Below, piece by piece: positions 1-12,131 of a DNA stretch of 64,000 nt (the first letter of the stretch is position 1; every line of letters begins with the position of its first letter). The translations under genes were made by a program, and so were the position numbers. This DNA is from Anthoceros angustus (Eukaryota > Plantae > Anthocerotophyta): the NCBI GenBank assembly GCA_010909165.1, contig MU008233.1, forward strand, positions 20,383-84,382. The letters are read 5' to 3'. Below the pieces are notes generated by a model. The model was not told where the DNA came from. It searched no databases and was given only the letters and a program-made list of their open reading frames with translations.

Positions 1-59
1 AATTTTTCTTGTACCCTCTTCTAGTCAACAAGAAAGTCAAGAGCTACATACAAATGGCT

Positions 60-200
60 CCCTACTGCATCACTCCTACATCCACCCGCAATTGCATCCT
101 CCACATCCTCTACATCCTCCCATCCTCCTACATCCTCATACAATGGCTACCTACCGCATCTTCCTACATCCTCCCGCGATTGCATCCTCCCGCATCCTCC
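60..200. repeat. Low-complexity CATCCTC-type microsatellite-like tract
   Basis: Repeated catcctc(c/t) units between 60 and 200. Confidence 0.7.
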
Positions 201-613
201 AGCCAAAAAGAACATTGATCAGAACTCCTAGTTCCTAGTTCACAGCCCGCATGGTGATATCGCACAGTCTTTTTGGTTCCAAACAATTTTGGGAGCGGTG
301 TGGGTGTCGTTGTGGGTGTCGTTTTGGTTGGATGGGGAAAGGCCCAATCATCTCGAATCAGAACCCTTGCTGAAGATTTCTCCCCCGGGTTTGTTTTGAT
401 TTATTTTCAAAATACCAAATTAAAAAAGATAAGGATTCACATGTCAATCTCTCTCCGAAACTTCGAAACCACAACGTTCCTTTTGTTCTGGGTACCCAAT
501 CGAAATTCGTCTGCATTTTTCTTCAAGGTGGTGTGGTCACACACAGTAGACTACCTGCCATCGTGCTCTATATAGATAGTCTGTTGTTACCTTTCGGGAA
601 CGGGACCGGAACG

Positions 614-3550
614 ATGGTCACAGTATGGCAACCGGACCCGGTGTGGTCCCAACAAATTGGTGTATGTACAGGGATTCTACAAGGAGCTCCCGCTCATCTC
701 ACCGCAGGTAGTCGATCTCCGGCAAACAATCAATCCTCCAGGTGCAGCAGCAGTGTAAGAAGCCCAGCACGTCCACTTCCGACAAACCCTACGGGTGGGG
801 GCGTTGGTCGTTGCCAGGAACAGGAGCAGGAGCAATTGTGGCAACAATTTTTTGTGGATCCTACCATGTGGTGGGACAACAGACGAGATAAGAAGAGCTC
901 GCTTGACTTCCGGCGGGATCCGGCGAGGTCCTGTGGTTAAACAACATGTTCAAGCCAGCTTGGGTTGATGAGCACGTTTCCTTGGATATGCAGATGGGTC
1001 ATGGTGCCTCTCCTTCCGGGTCGAGCTCTCCGGATAATCCTGAACCTGGGAGGCGGAGTCGGACAGTCCAGGTCCAGCAGTCTAAGGAGCCCAGCACTTC
1101 ATCCGAGAGTGTGCGGGTGGGGACGAGATTCCAACGGATGGTCGTCGTCAGGAGCAGGAGCACTTGTGGCAACAATTTTTCTGGACCCTACCATGTGGTG
1201 GGACAACAGACGAGATAAGAAGAGCTGTTCGCCTGACTTCCGGCGTAAGGGGTCCGGCGAGGTGCTGTGGTTAAACAACATGTTTAAGCCAGCTTGGGTT
1301 GATGAGCAGCTCGTTTCCTTGGATATGCAGATGGGTCATGGTGCCTCCTTCCGAGTCCAGCTCCGGATAAGCCTGAACCTGGGAGGCGTGCAGGATCGGA
1401 AATGGCGTCGTACGGCTGAACCGTGAGCACGTTATGTCAGCAGGGAAGCTTGAGGCCGTTGGAGCCCTGGAATCTCTGGCGCAGACAGACTCTGTTTCTC
1501 AGTCTCTGTTTACACTGTGCTGAAACTGTGTACAGCTAAGAAGGATCTGGTTGTGGGGCGACGAGTTCATGATCTCACTGTCAAACTTGGGTACGAGTCG
1601 AATGCATACTTGGGGAACCATATCTTGCGCATGTATGCATGTGGAGGTAGGCTAGAGGAGGCCATGGATGTGTTCACCAGGGTGCAAACCAGATGCCTTC
1701 ATGTGGTCTTCCATAATCTCTGCACATGCTAAGCATGGGAAACCTAATGAGGCCATACAACTGTACCATGAGATGCGTAGGTCAGGAGTGAAGGCGATGC
1801 TCACGTCTTTGTAGCTGCCCTTCAAGCTTGTGCATTTGCCGCCGACTTGGAATCTGGCAGAAAAGTGCACTGTGATGTGGTGAGTGGCATTCTACTAACT
1901 TGTTTGTTGGCAACTGCCTGGTGGACATGTATGCAAAATGTGGCGAACTGAAAGATGCACGCCAGGTTTTTGACAGCATGGCCACAAAGGATGTGGTGAC
2001 ATGGAATGCCCTGATTCTGGGTATGCAGTGGTGAACTGAAAGATGCACGCCAGGTTTTTGACAGCATGAACACAAGGATGTGGTGACATGGAATGCCCTG
2101 ATTGCTGGGTATGCAGCTTGGCCAAGAGGCGCTTGTTGTATGGACAAATGGAGCAGGAGGGCCTCATTTTGGCTGACCATGTTACTTTTGCTTGCCTTCT
2201 GAAGGCCTGTGCAAGCACTGGTGCCTTACAGAAGGGCAGGCAGCTGCACTCAGATTGTCAAAGAGGACTTGACGACATACGGTGGGCACCTGCCTGGTGG
2301 ACATGTATGCAAAATGTGGTGAACTGGAAGATGCACGCCAGGTTTTTGACAGCATGGCCACAAAGGATGTGGTGACATGGAATGCCTGATTGCTGGGTAT
2401 GCACAGCAAGGACTCGGCCAAGAGGCGCTTGTGTATGGACAAATGGAGAGCGGGCCTCATTTTGGCTGACCATGTTACTTTTGCTTGCCTTCTGAAGGCC
2501 TGTGCACTGGTGCCTTACAGAAGGGCAGGCAGCTGCACTCAGATTGTGAAAGAGGACTGCTGGATAACGTGTGGGCACTGCCTGGTGGACATGTATGCAA
2601 AATGTGGTGAACTGGAAGACGCACGCCAGGTTTTTGACACCATGAACGCAAAGGATGTGGTGACATGGACCGCCCTGATATCTGGGTATGGTACTTGTGA
2701 TGAAGGTCACAAGGCACTAGCTTGTTTTGAGGAAATGTTAGTTGCCGGTATTCAGCCTGATGATGCTACTTTTACTTGCCTTCTAGTAGCATGCAGTCAT
2801 GAGGGACTGGTCAACGAGGGTCGCAAGCACTTTGATTCCATGGCTGAACAGCATGGCATCAAACCTACTATTGAGCATTACACTGCATGATTGATCTTCT
2901 TGGGCGTGCAGGCCATTTAGATGAGGCTGAGAAGATGCTATTATCATGTGAGGGCCAAAGTGTTGTGGGCTTGACTCTTGTTGAATGCCTGCAAAAGTCA
3001 CGGGGATATAGAGAGGGCGATGGTGTTTTGAAAGCATTGTTAGGCTGGACCTCAATGCACCCTGCATATGTGCTCATGGCCAATGCCTATGCAGATGCAG
3101 GTAGGTGGACCGATGTAGACAGGATTGAAACACAGAGAAGGGTAGCAGGAGCTAACAAGAAACCTGCAGTGGCGACCATTGAGGTGAATAGCAGGTACAT
3201 AGATTTGGTGGGAGAAAGGAGAGATATTGCGCTTAAGGTAGAGAGCACGAATGCACGTCTGAAGCAGGAAGGAGGCCACGTACCTCACACAAAGTTGGTG
3301 TTGAAGCCACTGTCTGAGAAGGAAAAGGAAGATGCGCTTTGTGGGCATGCTGAGAAGCTAGCTCTGGCGTTTGGTCTCTTGAACACCTGAGTGGGACACC
3401 TCTGGTGGTAACGAAGAATCTACGCATGTGCAGTGACTGCCACAGTTCCACGGAGATCATGTCAAGGCTTGAACAGAGACATTGTTGTAAGGGATGGGTA
3501 CCGTGCATCGATTCGCAGCTGGTTGTTGCAGTTGTAAAGGTCGACCGTGA
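614..3550 (+). CDS. PLS-PPR-E-DYW:KP (GRP-type) editing factor, copy 1, with two N-terminal OSB-type PDF motifs; frameshifted in this assembly
   Basis: ORF fragments give WWDNRRDKK (836-978 and 1164-1312), L/S/P repeats ([28 protein letters not shown]), P2-L2-S2, [24 protein letters not shown], and GGT CGA CCG TGA (GRP*) ending at 3550. Start codon uncertain. Confidence 0.85.
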
Positions 3551-6500
3551 GAACAACGGTGGAAGTGCTCAATTGTATACGCCAGTATTGCTTGGGGTGA
3601 TGTGTGTTGGTTAAACAAACGATCGGAGTGTGTGGAGGGTATTTTAAAAAAATGCTGCATTTGAAGGACATGAGCCTTATCAAATCTAAGATAATCGAGG
3701 TGATATGCCTGAAACTTTTAGAAGTTTGTTTGTGATGTAGTCCTGGTTTAGGGTCAAATCGGGCACAAAGCAGGATCAGTTGCGCTCCATGAGGCTACAG
3801 ATCTTGGGTATCTGCACAGCCTATGGAGGCTAAGACGATCATCGCAGTGGCCTCTATAGAGCCACACTCCGAAAGAAAACTGCAAATCGTGGATAGTTCG
3901 TGATATGTGCAAAATTTGTGTACGCTTGAAAGCAAACAGACTGGAACGAAACTGTAACCCGTCACGCTCCTGACCTAACTTAAAACGCATCCTCGTGTGC
4001 ACATTGCGGACGGAGTTCTTGCTGTGATTGGTTGTTCTAGAATGCATAATCCGATGGAGGTTAGAAGCTGGGCGTGGGACCACGGCATTTGCCACCTTTT
4101 CGTCGTGATCGACGTTGAGGCCGGATATCGTGCCCGCCTCCTTCCAGAAACGGCTTTGGTTGATACTTGTTACCATGGCTGAGCCTTTCCATGATTTTGA
4201 ATCCTCTCCTCACTTCAATGGCTTAAATGTCGAGAACCATTTTCTGTGAAGCTGGGAGTGCTTGGGATCGGCGAACATTGTACACAATTGCAATGCCCGA
4301 GCTGCCCGTTTGGTAGCGAGAGACAAACGTATGCTCAAAGTCTCAATTGAGACGGTCATTATTAACCATGTCCAACCCTGAGCGTACATACATACTGCAG
4401 ATGGTCCTCCAAACTGAGTGCCCATTCCTCGAAGTAATGCACCATTTATGCATTCGGCCGGTCATCCACCAGTTCCAGGTGTTGATGCTTGTTAAGAGGC
4501 CATGCTATAGCTTCTTTTCCGATCCTCCTGCCTCCTGCCCCAGATCGCGGCCAGGCATAGAGGCGAATATGCAGGTATAGAAGGCATCGTGTTTCATGAA
4601 GGCAATGAGGGCATCGACTTCCATGGCGAGGCTTAGAAATTAGGTGAGGTTGGAGGTTTCACCTCTCCATTATCGGGCAAGTGTGGATTAAATACAATGT
4701 ACAATAGAAAGTACAAGTGTTTGTGGGTAGAAGTGGTTATGGTTGTAATCAATATGACCGATAACTAAATAAAGTAACTATCAACCTTATGAATTAATTA
4801 ATTATTAAGTCTAGGATTTCTAGGCCTAATGAATAATCCCCAATTAATAAAGGTTTCATCCCCACTCACTATGAAGTAGGGAAATGAGCTAGATAATTAT
4901 CCTAATATAACCTAGACTCACTAGCAAAAGTTGGTGAAGCAAATGAAAAGCCAACATAAATTGAATTAAATGGATTTGTAAATGAAAGCACCAAATAAGG
5001 AAAATAGGCTTAAATACGGGAAAATCTTGTAGATAGGAAAATGCCCTTATCCGAATCTCACATGCTTATAACCCTCACCATCTTGTGTGTTTTTTCTCAT
5101 TCTCACAAATGTGGTACATGGCCTAATGTATGTAAGTCAGCAATGCATGGGTGCACACAAGTGGCAAAGCTTGCTGTGATACAAGCACACCCACTCACAG
5201 AAAACCTATCTAAGGATGGCATGCCTGCTCATGGAGGGAGCATAAGAGCATAGGGCCCTATGGAAGCATAAGAGCATAGGGTTCTAGATATTGAGCCTTC
5301 ATTAGTATAAATTTGCACATCATGAAGTTTTGTTGCTCGTGGAGTTGGTGAAGTGGTAAAACTCCGCAAGAATCATAGGTGCAGTTCGACATTTAAGTTG
5401 CCTTTTATACTACTGTTGAGTATCTTTGAGAACCTGCCACCACATGCACTGCACCATACAGGTAAATTCCACATAGACCAAACCATGACGAGGCTAATTT
5501 TATACAGTTAAGTTGAGTATCTGGTGGGTGCATGCTACACACATGCACTGCACCATACCTAGAGGTAAATTCGTCATATAGACCACCATGTGGAATGACC
5601 CATGCTCCGAGATATCGAATCATGTTTTGGGATTGTCAGAACTTAGTCCAAAGATTCTCAAGTGGTTAGATAATCCTCACTGAATGCCCATAAACCGAGC
5701 ATCAAGTCATGGGTTTTGCAGCGAATCTTGGTCCAGATTCTCAAAGTGGGTTTGTATAATCCACGGTCAAATATTATGGTGTTATTTAGATGATGATCTT
5801 TCATGCACCCACATATGAATAAGGTTAAAGACTAAGGCATGAATTTGAAATGAAAGATGTGGGTGAGTTGAAATTTGTCTTGTGTCAAGTCCTTCTGGAG
5901 ATATAGAGATACGATCTACCAGTTGTGGAACTAGCCACCCCACTCCCTGCACCATCTTTTGAATTAAGGGTCACCATGTATCACTTTTTATTCCTAAAAG
6001 GTCCAAGGACCTTCTAAGGCCTCGAATACAGTTTCGAGGTCCAGACTAATTATTCGTGAAAGTAAGTGCAATGAACAAGGACAATTTTTGGTATAAAAGG
6101 CCTTTGCCTCGATATTTACACTCCATCACCAAACATGAAAAATGAAAAAACGCTCAAACCGAGCTGGGGAATAGGCACTGGTGGACTTCACATATGGGCA
6201 TCACAACACGAACCAATATGCATTATAAAGATACCACACTAGCTCTTACCTCATATGACAAAAGGCCATTGCACAATTCAAAATCCAAGGCCATAGGCTG
6301 ACGATCAAGAATAACGAAATTTAAGAATATGCCAACATTGCAATCTTGAGGAGATTGACCAAGCACACATCTTTTACAAGTAAAATTTAAATCTTGGTCC
6401 AAAAGCTAATAATTTTTGAGCAAATTCTTGACAAAGGCCAAACCTCAGGGTCATTGTGGGAAGGTGGCTTGCCATTTATCTTAAGACAGAGAACCATTTG

Positions 6501-7190
6501 GCTGTTGCCAAAAAGCATGAGGCTTCATGTTGCATTGCTAACCAACACACCATCATAGAGGTCAAAGTCTCCTTGATGTCTTTCCTGTGCAATGAAGAAG
6601 AATTTGCATCTCGGTAAATTTTCCCATGGAGGAAGGAGATACACATGGACACAGTCTTCACCTATCGTCTGTGGCCTCACTTATCTCCCTTTCAATTTTA
6701 ACCTCTCGACATGAGCTTGAGTTTTCAAACTTGCCGGAAGCTTCTATGATTTCTACTTGGCCAGCAAAATCAACTTCAAATTCTAAACCTAGTCCACTCT
6801 ATCTGGAAGGCCAATCACCAACCATAAAACATAACTGACCATGCTCAACATCCACTGCCTTGTATTGTAGTCCTCTAATTGCAGAAAAACCATAATTGAG
6901 ATTCAAATATCGTTGAGATGTTAGTCTCCACAACTTTTTTCTTGAAGTTCCATCAGAGCCTGACATTATGTTGTAAAATGACAACATCGACACTGGGAAC
7001 CGGTGGTCCGTCTTGGTGAACGTATGGTCCCATCACTTCGCGAGGAATGCGCGCTCAGATCTGAGGGGACTAGCCTCATATGTATGCTCCTGTGTCCGTT
7101 GGGACAGGAAGAGGTTAACCAAACACATCACCCCGAAAAGAAAATGCAATATCCGGCTATACAATTGAGCTCTGGTAGTCCACCATATTC
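3551..7190. repeat. Intergenic spacer, copy A of a segmental duplication (copy B at 12132-16397)
   Basis: Colinear with 12132-16397 throughout (e.g. gaattaattaattattaagtctagg, caacttcaaattctaaacctagtccac) but about 600 bp shorter through many small deletions. Confidence 0.9.
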
Positions 7191-9950
7191 TCACGGTCGA
7201 CCTTACAACTGCAACAACCATCTGCGAATCGATGCACACGGTACCCATCCCTTACAACAATGTCTCTGTGTTCAAGCCTTGACATGATCTCCGTGGAACT
7301 GTGGCAGTCACTGCACATGCGTAGATTCTTCGTTACCACCAGAGGTGTCCCACTCGGAGTGTTCAAGAGACCAAACGCCAGAGCTAGCTTCTCAGCATGC
7401 CCACAAAGCGCATCTTCCTTTTCCTTCTCACAGTGGCTTCAACACCAACTTTGTGAGGTACGTGGCCTCCTTCCTGCTTCAGACGTGCATTCTCTCTACC
7501 TTGCGCAATATCCTCTCTCCCACCAGAAATCTATGTACCTGCTTATTCACCTCAATGGTCGCCACTGCAGGTTTCTTGTTAGCTCCTGCTACCCTTCTCT
7601 GTGTTTCAATCCTGTCTACATCACTCCACCTACCAGCATCTGCGTAGGCATTGGCCATGAGCACATATGGGTGCATTCTGAGGGTCAACAATGCTTTCAA
7701 AACACCACCGCCTCTCTCTATATCCCGTGACTTTTGCAGGCATTCAACAAAGTCAAATACAACATTACTTTGGCCCTCACATGATAAATAGCATCTTCTC
7801 TGCCTCATCTAAATGGCCTGCACGCCCAAGAAGATCAATCATGCAGTGTAATGCTGTAGGTTTGATGCCATGCTGTTCAGCCATGGAATCAAAGTGCTTG
7901 ACCCTCATCAACCAGTCCCTCATGACTGCATACCAGAAGGCAAGTAAAGTAGCATCCATCAGGCTGAATACCGGCAACCAACATCTCCTCAAAACAAGCT
8001 AGTGCCTTGTGACATCATCACAAGTACCATACCCAGATATCAGGGCATTCCATGTCACCACATCCTTTGTTCATGCTGTCAAATGCATCATCCAGTTCAC
8101 CACATTTTGCATACATGTCCACCAGGCAGGTGCCCAACACTGTTATCCAGCAGTCCTTTCCACAATCTGAGAGTGCAGCTGCCTGCCCTTCTGTAAGGCA
8201 GTGCTTCCACAGGCCTTCAGAAGGCAAGCAAAAGTAACATGTCAGAAAAAAGGCCTCGCCTCCATTTGTCCATACACAAAGCGCCTCTAAGTCCTTGCTG
8301 TGCATACCCAGCAATCAGGGCGGTCCATGTCACCACATCCTTTGGCATGCTGTCAAAACCTGGCGCATCTTCCAGTTCACCACATTTTGCATACATGTCC
8401 ACCAGGCAGGTGCCCACCACTATGTCATCCAGCAGTCCTCTTGACAATCTGTGAGTGTGCCTGCCCTTCTGTAAGGCACCAGTGCTTGCACAGGCCTTCA
8501 GAAGGCAAGCAAAAGTAACATGGTCAGCCAAAAGGCCCTCGCTCCATTTGTCCATACAACAAGCCTCTTGGCCGAGTCCTTGCTGTGCATACCCAGAATC
8601 AGCGCATTCCATGTCCCAGCCTCTTTGTCGCTGCTGTGCAATTCACCACAGCATACCCAGATATCAGGGCAGTCCATGTCACCACATCTTTGTGCATACT
8701 GTCAAAAACCTGCATCTTCCAGTTCACCACATTTTGCATACATGTCCAGGCAGGTGCCCACCACGTCATCCAGCAGTCCTCTTCGACAATCTGTGAGTGC
8801 AGCTGCCTCTTCTGTAAGGCACCAGTGCTTCCACAGGCCTTCAGAAGGCAAGCAAAAGTAACATGGTCAGCCAAAATCAGGCCCTCCTGCTCCATTTGTC
8901 CATACACAAGCGCCTCTGTCAAGTCCTTGCTGTGCATACCCAGCAATCAGGGCATTCCATGTCACCACATCCTTTGTGCCATGCTGTCAAAAACCTGGCG
9001 TGCATCTTCCAGTTCACCACATTTTGCATACATGTCCACCAGGCAGTTGCCCAACACAGCATCCAGCAGTCTTCGAATCTGAGAGTGCAGCTGCCTGCCC
9101 TTCTGTAAGGCACCAGTGCTTGCACAGGCCTTCAGAAGGCAAGCAAAAGTAACATGGTCAGCCAAAATGAGGCCCTCCTGCTCCATTTGTCCATACACAA
9201 CAAGCGCCTCTGTGAGTCCTTGCTGCATACCCAGCAATCAGGGCATTCCATGTCACCACATCCTTTGTGGCCATGCTCAAAAACCTGGCGTGCATCTTTC
9301 ATGTTGCCACATTTTGCATACATGTCCACAAGGCTGTTGCCAACAAACAAGTTAGAAGCAATGCCACTGTGAACCACATCACCGTGCACTTTTCTGCCAG
9401 ATTCCAAGTCAGCGGCAAATGCACAAGCTTGAAGGGCAGCTACAAAGACGTGAGCATCCGCCTTCACTCCTGACCTACGCATCTCATGGTACAGTTGTAT
9501 GGCCTCATTAGGTTTCCCATGCTTAGCGTATGCGGAGATTATGGAAGACCACATGAAGGCATCTGGTTTGCCCACCCTGGTGAGCACATCCATGGCCTCC
9601 TCTAGCCTACCTCCACATGCATACATGCGCAAGATATGGTTCCCCACGTAAGCATGAGACGCGTACCCAAGTTTGACACTGAGATCATGAACCCGTCGCC
9701 CCACAACCAAATCCTTCTTAGCTGTACATAGTTTCAGCACAGTGCAAACAAGAGACAGAGAAAGAGTGGAGTCTGCCTGCGCCAGAGATTCCAGGGCTCC
9801 AACGGCCTCAGAAAGCTTCCCCTGCTGACATAACGTGCTCACGGTTCCAGCCGTTACGACGCCCATTTCCTGATCCAGGTTCAGGCTTATCCGGAGAGCT
9901 CGACTTGGAAGGAGAGGCACCATGACCCATCTGCATATCCAAGGAAACGA
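7191..9950 (-). CDS. PLS-PPR-E-DYW:KP (GRP-type) copy 2; 5' end (PDF motif) lost at the inversion junction ~9950
   Basis: ORF 9132-9923 (PLS repeats), four internal HVTFACLL L-motifs, [15 protein letters not shown]; stop at 7191-7193 after GRP. Only the post-PDF linker ([19 protein letters not shown]) remains at 9890-9950. Confidence 0.85.
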
Positions 9951-12131
9951 GCGTCGCTGGAACCGTGAGCACGTTATGTCAGCAGGGAAGCTTTCTGAGG
10001 CCGTTGGAGCCCTGGAATCTCTGGCGCAGACAGACTCTGCTATTTCTCAGTCTCTGTTTGCACTGTGCTGAAACTGTGTACAGCTAAGAAGGATTTGGTT
10101 GTGGCGAGGGGTTCATGATCTCAGTGTCAAACTTGGGTACGAGTCAAATGCATACTTGGGGAACCATATCTTGCGCATGTATGCATGTGGAGGTAGGCTA
10201 GAGGAGGCCATGGATGTGTTCACCAGGGTGGGGAAACCGGATGCCTTCATGTGGTCTTCCATAATCCGCATACGCTAAGCATGGGAAACCTAATGAGGCC
10301 ATACAACTGTACCATGAGATGCGTAGGTCAGGAGTGAAGGCGATGCACGTCTTTGTAGCTGCCCTTCAAGCTTGTGCTGCCGACTTGGAATCTGGCAGAA
10401 AAGTGCACGGTGATGTGGTGCAGAGTGGCATTGCTACTAACATGTTTGTTGGCAACTGCCTTGTGGACATGTATGCAAAATGTGGCAGAATGAAAGATGC
10501 ACGCCAGGTTTTTGACAGCATGGCCACAAAGGATGTGGTGACATGGAATGCCCTGATTGCTGGGTATGCACAGCAAGGTGAACTGAAAGATGCCCGCCAG
10601 GTCTTTGACAGCATGGACACGAAGGACGTGGTGACATGGACCGCCCTGATTGCTGGGTATGAACAGCAAGGTCTTGGCCAAGAGGCGCTTGTTGTGTATG
10701 GTCAAATGGAGCAGGAGGGCCTCATTTTGGCTGACCATGTTACTTTTTGTTGCCTTCTGAAGGCCTGTGCAAGCACTGGCGCCTTACAGAAGGGCAGGCA
10801 GCTGCACTCACAGATTGTCAAAGGAGGACTGTTGGACGACATACTGGTGGGCACCTGCCTGGTGGACATGTATGCAAAATGTGGTGAACTGGAAGACGCA
10901 CGCCAGGTTTTTGACAGCATGAACATCAAGGATGTGGTGACATGGACCGTCCTGATTGGTGGGTATGCACAGCAAGGACTTGGCCAAGAGGCGCTTGTCG
11001 TGTACGGTCAAATGGAGGAGGCGGGCCTCATTTTGGCTGACCATGTTACTTTTGCTTGCCTTCTGAAGGCCTGTGGAAGCGCTGGTGCCTTACAGAAGGG
11101 AAGGCATCTACATTCTCAGATTGTGGAACGAGAACTGCTGGATAACTTTGTGCTGGGCACCTGCCTGGTGGACATGTATGCAAAATGTGGTGAAATGGAC
11201 GATGCATGCCAGGTTTTTGACAGCATGCACACAAAGGATGTGGTTACATGGACCGCCCTAATTGCTGGGTATGGTACTTGCGATGATGGTCAGAAGGCAC
11301 TAGCTTGTTTTGAGGAAATGTTAGTTGCCGGCATTCAGCCTGATGATGCTACTTTTACTTGCCTTCTAGTAGCATGCAGTCATGAGGGACTGGTTGATGA
11401 GGGTCGCAAGCACTTTGATTCCATGGCCGAACAGCATGGCATCAAGCCTACTAGAGAGCATTACCACTGCATGATTGATCTTTTTGGGCGTGCAGGCCAT
11501 CTAGATGAGGCAGAGAAGATGCTATTATCATGATAAAGTGTTGTGGGCTGACGTCTTGTTGAATGCCTGCAAAAGTCACGGGGATATAGAGAGGGCGATG
11601 GTGTTTTGAAAGCATTGTTAGCTGGACCTCAGAGGCGCCTGCATATGTGCTCATGGCCAATGCCTATGCAGATGCAGGTAGGTGGACCGATGTAGACAGG
11701 ATTGAAACACAGAGAAGGGTAGCAGGAGCTAACAAGAAACCTGCAGTGGCGACCATTGAGGTGAATAAGCAGGTACATAGATTTCTGGTGGGAGGGAGAA
11801 GATTGCGCTTAAGGTGAGATCCAAGAATGCTCGTGTGAAACAGGAAGGAGGCCACGTACCTCAAACAAAATTGGTGTTGAAGTCACTGTCGGAGAAGGAA
11901 AAGGAGGATGCGCTTTGTGGGCATGCTGAGAAGTTAGCTCTGGCGTTTGGTCTCTTGAACACTCCGACTGGGACACCTCTGGTGGTAACGAAGAATCTAC
12001 GTATGTGCAGCGACTGCCACAGTTCCACAGAAATCATGTCAAGGCTTGAACACAGAGACATTGTAGTAAGGGATGGGTACCGTGTGCATCGATTCGCAGA
12101 TGGTTGTTGCAGTTGTAAAGGTCGACCGTGA
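9951..12131 (+). CDS. PLS-PPR-E-DYW:KP (GRP-type) copy 3; begins abruptly at the junction and lacks the N-terminus
   Basis: 404-aa ORF 10319-11533 of L-S-SS-P-L-S-P-L-S-P2-L2-S2 repeats, plus ORF 11814-12131 with HAEKLA...CSDCH...CCSCKGRP*. Confidence 0.9.

Noticed and set aside
533-1430. Interpreting the PDF region as a separate complete OSB gene
   Set aside because: No SSB/OB-fold domain precedes the motifs, and the same linker into the PPR array follows in several copies.
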